Made by a program: the position numbers and the translations under genes
The notes under the pieces: model-generated
Seen by the model: only the letters and a program-made list of their open reading frames with translations
The model's database searches: none
Told to the model about the DNA's origin: nothing
In this document: one piece after another, positions 12,507-19,459 of the stretch
Layout of the letters: every line of letters begins with the position of its first letter
Numbering within the stretch: the stretch's first letter is position 1
NCBI GenBank assembly: GCA_035353995.1
Contig: DAOQAL010000001.1
Span: forward strand, 209,464-273,463
Direction of reading: 5' to 3'
DNA: 64,000 bases
DNA from: Minisyncoccota bacterium
GTDB taxonomy: Bacteria > Patescibacteriota > Minisyncoccia > Phycocordibacterales > UBA9973

Positions 12507-13412
12507 TTAGAGTTTCTTTTCTACTTCTTCTAGAGTTGGCATAGAAGATCCTGCACCTTCTTTTGTTACAGAAATTGATGCAGCAAAATTTGCAAAGGTA
12601 AGACTATCGGAAAAAGATTTTCCGCTTAAAATGCTAGCAGCTAAAGCTCCAACGAAACAGTCTCCCGCACCAGTAGAATCAACTGCTTGAACTTTTTTCC
12701 CTAGAATTCTAATCCTTTCATTACCATGAAAAGCCAAAACACCTTTTTCTCCTAGAGTTATTACAACATTAATATGACTATTGTTCAGTTTTTGAATTGC
12801 TTGCAATATGGATTCTTCATCTGAAGCATTAATTGTAACACCTGAAATAAAACTAAGTTCTGTTTCATTGAGAACTAGAATGTCTATAAGACTTAAAAGA
12901 TTTGTAGAAATAGACTGTGCTGGAGCAGGATTAAAAATATTAATTGTTCCAATTTTCTTACCCCTAGCAAAGAAAGCTTCTATTGTTTTGGTTGGAATCT
13001 CAAATTGAGATATTAAAACATCTCCCTTTTCAAATTCTATATTTTCTATATCTTTTTCTGTAAGTAAAAAATTTGCACCTGAGATTACGACTATAGTATT
13101 GTCGGAATTTTCTTCGGCAACAGTAATGAGTGCTATTCCAGTAGAAGTATCTTTTTCAATTAAAATGCTTGTCTCGACATTTTGTTGTTTTAAAAAATCT
13201 ACCAACTGTGTGCCAAATGGGTCGTCTCCAACCTTGCCAATCATAACAGTTTTTGCTCCGAGTTTTGAAGAAGCTATCGCTTGATTTGCACCTTTACCAC
13301 CGGGAAAGTATTTAAGATTAGAACCAAAAACCGTCTCACCATTTTTGGGATGATACTTAGTAGTAGCCACTATATCCATATTTATGCTTCCTGCGACAAT
13401 AACTTTGCACAT
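12507..13412 (-). CDS. rbsK: Ribokinase (PfkB family)
   Basis: GSINMD, PGGKGANQA, NPAPA, NETE, DSTGAGDCF. Confidence 0.93.
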   Translation of the reverse strand: MCKVIVAGSINMDIVATTKYHPKNGETVFGSNLKYFPGGKGANQAIASSKLGAKTVMIGKVGDDPFGTQLVDFLKQQNVETSILIEKDTSTGIALITVAEENSDNTIVVISGANFLLTEKDIENIEFEKGDVLISQFEIPTKTIEAFFARGKKIGTINIFNPAPAQSISTNLLSLIDILVLNETELSFISGVTINASDEESILQAIQKLNNSHINVVITLGEKGVLAFHGNERIRILGKKVQAVDSTGAGDCFVGALAASILSGKSFSDSLTFANFAASISVTKEGAGSSMPTLEEVEKKL

Positions 13413-13487
13413 AAGAAAAGTATATCATTTAAACGATTAAAGTCAGAACTATAAAATGTAAAAGGGTCTTGTGCTGTCACAAATCTG

Positions 13488-13574
13488 CGGAGGGTGGGAG
13501 ATTCGAACTCCCGATGCCCTTTCAGGCATACAGACTTTCCAGGTCTGCGCACTAGACCGCTATGCGAACCCTCC
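13488..13574 (-). tRNA. tRNA-Ser(GGA)
   Basis: GGAGGGT/ACCCTCC acceptor stem, CAGAC-CTGGAAA-GTCTG anticodon arm, long variable arm, TTCGAAT loop. CCA not fully encoded. Confidence 0.96.
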
Positions 13575-13613
13575 TTCTTTTATTAATTTTTTAAACATAA
13601 TACATAATTATTA

Positions 13614-13683
13614 CGCATCCCGCCAAGGGCGGGACAAGCTAGACCTTTACCCCGAAGGGGCCCCGTTGGGGTGCGAACCCTCC
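13614..13683 (-). pseudogene. Duplicated 5' fragment of tRNA-Ser interrupted by two hairpin insertions
   Basis: Minus strand reads ggagggttcgca[22 nt]taaaggtctag[21 nt]tgcg versus intact ggagggttcgca-tagcggtctag-tgcg. Confidence 0.8.
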
Positions 13684-13739
13684 TTTATATATAATCTATC
13701 TTATTTTAAGAAAAAAGAGAAATATGGTAAAATGCTTCT

Positions 13740-14198
13740 ATGAAAAAAATAAGAATTTTTTCGACAGCAATAGAAGATAAAATAAGAATTTATTTGAGTC
13801 ATAAACCAAAGTTATATGCTCTTGTGGTAGGTTTTGGTATCGTATGGTTTTGGCGAGGTGTATGGCATACGACAGATATAATTCATTCTTACTTTAATAT
13901 TTTTCAAAATAGTTTAACAATAGATTCAATTTCATCTCCTTGGTGGGATGGCCCTCTTTCTTTGGCTTTTGGTACTGTTGTTCTATTTGCCACTGGTGCA
14001 TTTACATCAAGCTTTATCGGTAATGAATTAATCCTTTCAGGACTTCGTGGTGAAAAAAGGTTAAATCAACAAACTCAAACACAAGTTAAAACAGAAGAGG
14101 AATTTATTTTAGACTTAAAACAAGAAATTAATAAAATGTCAGAGAAGGTTCAAGAGTTGGAGGGTGAAGTTCATAAAAAAAATAAAAACAATGTTTAA
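13740..14198 (+). CDS. Hypothetical membrane protein with C-terminal coiled coil
   Basis: Two TM segments; -10 box 6 nt upstream of ATG. Confidence 0.75.
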   Translation: MKKIRIFSTAIEDKIRIYLSHKPKLYALVVGFGIVWFWRGVWHTTDIIHSYFNIFQNSLTIDSISSPWWDGPLSLAFGTVVLFATGAFTSSFIGNELILSGLRGEKRLNQQTQTQVKTEEEFILDLKQEINKMSEKVQELEGEVHKKNKNNV

Positions 14199-15402
14199 TT
14201 TAGAAAAAATTAGATCAGATTTTAAAATATTAAGTGAAAAGGATAGCAATAATATTCCAATATATTTTGACAGTGCTTGTATGAGCTTGAAACCGAATTC
14301 TGTAATTGAAGCAATGAATGATTATTATTTTAAATTTCCAGCTTGTGGAGGAAGAAGTTCTCATAAAATGGGAGAATTGGTTACAAAGAAAATAAAAAAT
14401 ACAAGAGAAATAATTGCAAAATTTATAAATGCTCGTAATGAGAATGAAATAATATTTACGCGTAACACAACGGAGGGTATTAATTTGCTTGCTAATTCAA
14501 TTGATTTTAATAATGGTGATATTGTTCTAATAACAGAAAAAGAGCATAATTCAAATTTAGTACCATGGCTTTATTTGAGAGAAAAGAAAGGTATCATTGT
14601 GAAAACAATTCCGCTTAACGATGATAATACTTTTAATTTTGAAAAATTTTTGGAATTAGTAAAAGGAGTAAAATTAGTATCTGTCGGATATACATCAAAT
14701 TTGGATGGTGTAAGTGTGCCCGTGAAAGAGATAATAGAAGTTGCTCACAAAAATGGTGCACTTGTATGTCTTGATGCAGCACAGACTGTTTTGCACGAAA
14801 GAATTAATGTTAAAAATTTAGATGTTGATTTTTTAGTATTTTCTGGACATAAAATGCTTGGTCCAACTGGCACAGGTGTTCTTTATGGTAAATATGAATT
14901 GTTAGACAAATTATCAGCATTTATTCTTGGTGGTGATACTGTTGAATATACAACATATTCTGATTACAAATTATTGCCAGTTCCAGAAAGATTTGAAGCT
15001 GGACTAGCAGATTATGCCGGAATAATTGGACTTGGAGAAGCAGTAAGATATTTAAATGAAATCGATTTTAATGATATAAAAAAACACGAATTGGAATTAA
15101 ATTCATATATTACAGAAGAATTATTAAAATTACCTAATATAAAAATTATTGGACCATCTGATCCATCAAAAAGGGGAGGAATAATAAATTTCTATATTGA
15201 AGGAGTTGATATGCATAAAATAGCTTTAATGTTGGATAATATGGCTAATGTATCAATTCGTTCAGGTCAGCATTGTGTCCATTCTTGGTTTAACAACAAA
15301 AATATTAAAAACTCTGCTAGAATATCTATTGCTTTCTACAATACAAAAAAAGAAGCAGAAATTCTTATTAGCAATCTAAATAAAATTATTAAAATAATAT
15401 AG
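14191..15402 (+). CDS. sufS: Cysteine desulfurase, SufS-like (class V aminotransferase)
   Basis: IFTRNTTE, EHNSN, DAAQ, SGHKMLGPTG, RSGQHC. Start set to ATG 14191. Confidence 0.88.
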   Translation: MFNLEKIRSDFKILSEKDSNNIPIYFDSACMSLKPNSVIEAMNDYYFKFPACGGRSSHKMGELVTKKIKNTREIIAKFINARNENEIIFTRNTTEGINLLANSIDFNNGDIVLITEKEHNSNLVPWLYLREKKGIIVKTIPLNDDNTFNFEKFLELVKGVKLVSVGYTSNLDGVSVPVKEIIEVAHKNGALVCLDAAQTVLHERINVKNLDVDFLVFSGHKMLGPTGTGVLYGKYELLDKLSAFILGGDTVEYTTYSDYKLLPVPERFEAGLADYAGIIGLGEAVRYLNEIDFNDIKKHELELNSYITEELLKLPNIKIIGPSDPSKRGGIINFYIEGVDMHKIALMLDNMANVSIRSGQHCVHSWFNNKNIKNSARISIAFYNTKKEAEILISNLNKIIKII

Positions 15403-15411
15403 AATAAAAAC

Positions 15412-16347
15412 ATGCCTTGTGTAATCGCTTTAATTATTTTTTCAATATTAGGAATATTCAGTGCTTCACATAGATCCTTGGCGAAGGAAGCTTTTGATTG
15501 TGTATTTAAGCGTATAACATTGCGTCCATGCAATTCTGGTTTTAAAGAAAAAATAAAAAGCAAAGTTTTATCAAAGCTGATAGATCGTTCGGTGTTTTTG
15601 ACACGTATAGTTAATAAACATTACGAATTACTTTCTTGGATATTTTTTATTTTGATGTTTGGCAGTATGGCATGGGTAATTTATGGTGGATATAATTTTT
15701 ATGTATATGGAAGTTGTAATGGTTTAAATGAAAGTGGATTTTGTGCTTTTGATCCTAGTGGAAAAAATAATAAAATAAGTGAAGTGAATGCAGAATGTGG
15801 CATAACTCAAAAATCAAGTGATAAGTTGACTTTAAATGATGTAGATTTGTCTAGTTTTCCTACAAAAAATATTACTAATGCAAAAGATTCTATTGTATTT
15901 ATTGGTTGTTATGCTTGTGACTACAGCAGGAAAGCATATCCTGATATTCAAAAATTAATAACTTCAAAAAAAACAAATTTTGTATTTGCACATTTTCCAG
16001 CAAAAGGTGATACAACCTTCTTAGAAGAAGTAGGATATTGTGTTTATAAAGATTATAAAGAAAAATATTGGGATTTTAATAATTATTTATTTACAGAAGA
16101 TAAAGATTTTATTTTAGATAAAGCAAATATAAATGAAATATTAGGGAGTTTTAATTTTGATGTAGAAAAAGTAAATGAATGTGCAAATAGTATTGAAACA
16201 AAAAACATAGTAGAAAAACAAGTAGAAGAATTGAAGAAAACTGGATTGTATGGAACGCCAACTATTTTTATAAATGGAAAAGCATTTGTTGGTCCTAAAC
16301 CTTATAGAGTTTACAGAAGTGCAATAAATAAATTTATTTTCTTTTAA
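15412..16347 (+). CDS. Membrane-anchored DsbA/thioredoxin-fold protein
   Basis: N-terminal hydrophobic Cys-rich region, CYACDYS, HFP, GTPTIFING. Confidence 0.8.
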   Translation: MPCVIALIIFSILGIFSASHRSLAKEAFDCVFKRITLRPCNSGFKEKIKSKVLSKLIDRSVFLTRIVNKHYELLSWIFFILMFGSMAWVIYGGYNFYVYGSCNGLNESGFCAFDPSGKNNKISEVNAECGITQKSSDKLTLNDVDLSSFPTKNITNAKDSIVFIGCYACDYSRKAYPDIQKLITSKKTNFVFAHFPAKGDTTFLEEVGYCVYKDYKEKYWDFNNYLFTEDKDFILDKANINEILGSFNFDVEKVNECANSIETKNIVEKQVEELKKTGLYGTPTIFINGKAFVGPKPYRVYRSAINKFIFF

Positions 16348-16381
16348 AGGTCTTTTATTATTATTTATTAAAAATAAAATT

Positions 16382-16780
16382 ATGAAAGGATTTAATGCAA
16401 ACATAGAAAAAGAAACTTTAGAAAATAAAAATTTTCGTAAAGTTTTATACACTGGAAAAAATAGCCAATTGGTTTTAATGAGCTTAAAACCTGGAGAAGA
16501 AATTGGTATGGAAGTACACAAAGATAATGACCAATTTTTCCGCTTTGAAAGTGGGGAGGGAAAAGTTTTCATTGATGGAAATGAATATGCAGTAGCCGAT
16601 GGTTCTGCTATTATCGTTCCATCAGGTGCAGAGCATAATGTTGTTAATACGTCTATGACAGATGATCTTAAACTCTACACAATTTATTCTCCAGCTCACC
16701 ATCAAGATGGAGTGATTCGTCTTACAAAAGCTGAAGCTGAAGCCAACGGTCCAGAATTCGACGGCAAAACGACAGAGTAA
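16382..16780 (+). CDS. Cupin domain protein
   Basis: QLVLMSL..GEEIGMEVH..DQFF..ESG...HNVVN, LYTIYSPAHH. Confidence 0.9.
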   Translation: MKGFNANIEKETLENKNFRKVLYTGKNSQLVLMSLKPGEEIGMEVHKDNDQFFRFESGEGKVFIDGNEYAVADGSAIIVPSGAEHNVVNTSMTDDLKLYTIYSPAHHQDGVIRLTKAEAEANGPEFDGKTTE

Positions 16781-16793
16781 ATTTATTCTCGAA

Positions 16794-16891
16794 TTTTTTG
16801 CCTTGTAAAGTTACAGGGGATTTTTCTATTGCATATATCAGCTTTTTTGCCTTGTAAAGTTACAGGGGATTTTTCTATTTCATATATCAGC
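16794..16891. repeat. 49-bp tandem duplication containing a terminator-like hairpin
   Basis: ttttttgccttgtaaagttacaggggatttttctatt(g/t)catatatcagc, two copies with one mismatch. Confidence 0.9.
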
Positions 16892-16911
16892 TATAGCGTA
16901 TATGTGTAAAA
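16881..16911. repeat. Dispersed imperfect palindrome, copy 1
   Basis: catatatcagctatagcgtatatgtgtaaaa; second copy at about 29406. Confidence 0.8.
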
Positions 16912-17007
16912 TTTAGTTTTTAGCTATGGTATTTTTTACCACTATGTTTTTCATGGGGGATAAAATTTAGAATTTAAAAAAAATAAAAAAAATAGTATAA
17001 TGGAATT

Positions 17008-17934
17008 ATGATTTTTTCAATAATAATTACAGTAATCGGACTTTCTCTTTTTGAAACAATTTCATCAGTTGATAACGCTATAATAAATGCGGAAATTCTT
17101 TCGACGATGAGCAAGCGTGCAAGAAGATGGTTTCTTACTTGGGGAATGTTGATTGCTGTATTTTTAGTTCGCGGACTTCTTCCTTTTTGTATAATATGGG
17201 CATTTAATCCAACATTATCTATTTGGCAAGTATTATCTGCTGCTTGGTCTAGCAATCCATTAGTTCAAGAATCTATACAAAAATCCGCACCTATTTTACT
17301 TATAGCAGGTGGTGTATTTTTGTTGTTTTTATTTTTGCATTGGTTATTTCTTGAAGACAAAAAACTTGGTTTGCCAAGAACAGAGAAATTCTTTATGTCA
17401 AAAGGTGTTTGGTTTTACGCTGTAGTTTCTATTTTACTTACAGTTATTGCTTGGTTTGCTCTTAAGGAAAGCAATCTAATGGCTTTCGGCGCTGTAGTTG
17501 GTTCAACTTTATTTTTTATAACTCATGGATTCAAACAAAATGCTGAACTTCAAGAAAAAAAATTATTAGGAGGAACAGGTTCTGATTTAAGTAAATTGTT
17601 TTTCTTGGAAATAATAGACTCTACTTTTTCAATAGATGGTGTACTTGGTGCTTTTGCCTTTACACTTTCTGTTCCACTTATCCTTTTTGGAAATGGTTTA
17701 GGTGCTCTTATTGTAAGAGAATTAACTTTACGTAATATAGAAAATATTAAAAAATATATTTATTTAAAAAATGGTGCAATGTATTCAATATTAGTACTTG
17801 GAATAATAATGATAATGCATAGTTTTGGTTTTGATATTCCAGAATATGTTTCACCTGCAATAACATTTATTATTATTGGTGCATTTTTCTGGAAATCAAA
17901 ATTGCATATTAAATTAAATAAAAATTTGATTTAA
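17008..17934 (+). CDS. DUF475 / TerC-like membrane protein
   Basis: ETISSVDNAIINA, EIIDSTFSIDGV, YLKNGAMYSI; multi-TM. Confidence 0.85.
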   Translation: MIFSIIITVIGLSLFETISSVDNAIINAEILSTMSKRARRWFLTWGMLIAVFLVRGLLPFCIIWAFNPTLSIWQVLSAAWSSNPLVQESIQKSAPILLIAGGVFLLFLFLHWLFLEDKKLGLPRTEKFFMSKGVWFYAVVSILLTVIAWFALKESNLMAFGAVVGSTLFFITHGFKQNAELQEKKLLGGTGSDLSKLFFLEIIDSTFSIDGVLGAFAFTLSVPLILFGNGLGALIVRELTLRNIENIKKYIYLKNGAMYSILVLGIIMIMHSFGFDIPEYVSPAITFIIIGAFFWKSKLHIKLNKNLI

Positions 17935-18015
17935 TTGTTTTTTTGATATAATATCCTTTTGAAATGTTGTAATTTATCATTTTGTAAAAAAGTTATTTAT
18001 AAGTTTTAACAAAAA

Positions 18016-18747
18016 ATGTTGGAAAAAATGGAAAAGCTAAATTTAAGAGAGTTTATCAAAGAGAACTCATATGAGTTCTCAGATGGTTTTGAACCTAAAG
18101 GTAATTCTATTGGTTGTATTGATGACAGAGCTGATGAACCTGGTTCACAGGAAAAAATTGCTTTACCGGGTGGTGGATTAGGAATTCTTTTCTCCGTTTT
18201 TAATTGTATTTCTTTATTAAAAAAGAAATACGGAGAGAACATCAAAGTAGATATCGAGAAAATTTCCCAAGAAGTAGAGAATATTACTGGTATCTCAATT
18301 CACACCGATGAAAAAAATGTTCAAGAGAACAATCCTGTTTTATGTGGTGGCTGTGGTCACTGTTCTGGAATGCTGAAGAATCATGATTTATCCGACGATT
18401 TTCATTCTTTTACTTTGAATTCTTATTTACCAAAATTAAAAGAAGAAGGAGTGCAACCGGTTGTTTATCGTGGCTCACATAATGCCGATGGTGTAGTAAT
18501 CATTGAGGACTTAAAAACTGGTTTACGTTCTAAATCTTCAAAAGGCCAAGTTTTTGTTTACAACAAAAATTGGCATCATAAAATTTTAGAAGAAGCATCA
18601 AAGGTAATTTTCGAAAATCTAAAAGGAGAGATTCCTGGCTTGAAGCAAGAAGAGGTTTCCAGTACATTGTTGACTCAAGCGGAAAAAGAACTTGAAAAAA
18701 CTATTGATCACTTAGCATCTAGTTTGCCAAAAATTTCAATTCCGTAA
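18016..18747 (+). CDS. Putative beta/zeta(Cd)-type carbonic anhydrase-like metalloprotein
   Basis: GCIDDR...PGG...HTD...GCGH pattern of Cys/His/Cys ligands. Confidence 0.5.
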   Translation: MLEKMEKLNLREFIKENSYEFSDGFEPKGNSIGCIDDRADEPGSQEKIALPGGGLGILFSVFNCISLLKKKYGENIKVDIEKISQEVENITGISIHTDEKNVQENNPVLCGGCGHCSGMLKNHDLSDDFHSFTLNSYLPKLKEEGVQPVVYRGSHNADGVVIIEDLKTGLRSKSSKGQVFVYNKNWHHKILEEASKVIFENLKGEIPGLKQEEVSSTLLTQAEKELEKTIDHLASSLPKISIP

Positions 18748-18754
18748 AAAAAAC

Positions 18755-18786
18755 AAACCCGTAGTACTTGGTACTACGGGTTTTTG
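18755..18786. terminator. Bidirectional terminator
   Basis: aaacccgtagtac-ttg-gtactacgggttt between convergent genes. Confidence 0.88.
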
Positions 18787-18802
18787 TTTTTAATACAAAT
18801 CC

Positions 18803-19351
18803 TTAGAAAATCCTAATTTTGATATTAGCAATGACGGGATCGTTCTTGTGATTGCTATTATTGCTAAATTTGACAATCACCATTCCAGGAGATGTGGATG
18901 CAAAAGCGGAAATGATAATATCTCCATCACAGTCGTCAATGACTGTTGCGGAGTTTACAAGTATTCCACTTTCTGCAGTGAAATTAGGAATGTTCACTGT
19001 TGTTTCCCAGTGATTGTTATTACTGATTTCCGGAATAGATATGGTAAACGAATATAACGTACCACAGTTTCCAGGTGCACCACTGTAGGATAAGTTTCTC
19101 CAAATGCCATCCCAAAACCAGTAACTTTTTGTATCCAGATTATAAACAAGTAATCCGTTGGCAAGGGAATCTATGGCATTCATTTGAGTATCCGTCATCC
19201 TGGGAGGAAGGAATCCTTTTTCTGTGCTTGATATTTCAAGCATTGCACAGTTTGCTCTGTTTAATGTATCAGTTCCGATGTGTACTTGCGCTTCTGTCTT
19301 TTGGTATAAGAGCAGTACAGCAAATAATAAAAAAACAGCAATCTTTTTCAT
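18803..19351 (-). CDS. Secreted hypothetical protein with a Bacteroidota-like 'LEISSTEKGFLPPRMT' module
   Basis: Signal peptide ending AQ; motif recalls Flavobacteria/Bacteroidota secreted proteins. Confidence 0.7.
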   Translation of the reverse strand: MKKIAVFLLFAVLLLYQKTEAQVHIGTDTLNRANCAMLEISSTEKGFLPPRMTDTQMNAIDSLANGLLVYNLDTKSYWFWDGIWRNLSYSGAPGNCGTLYSFTISIPEISNNNHWETTVNIPNFTAESGILVNSATVIDDCDGDIIISAFASTSPGMVIVKFSNNSNHKNDPVIANIKIRIF

Positions 19352-19459
19352 AGCGTGATTTTTAGGTTTTTGTTCAAGAAATTTTCTACATCCAATATAA
19401 CATATCTACTTAAAAAAGTCAATTAAATTAAAGATTTTTCTATATGTTACAATATTTAT

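Noticed and set aside
13471-13743. 90-aa ORF on the plus strand
   Set aside because: It is antisense to tRNA-Ser and the interrupted tRNA fragment, so it is a shadow ORF.
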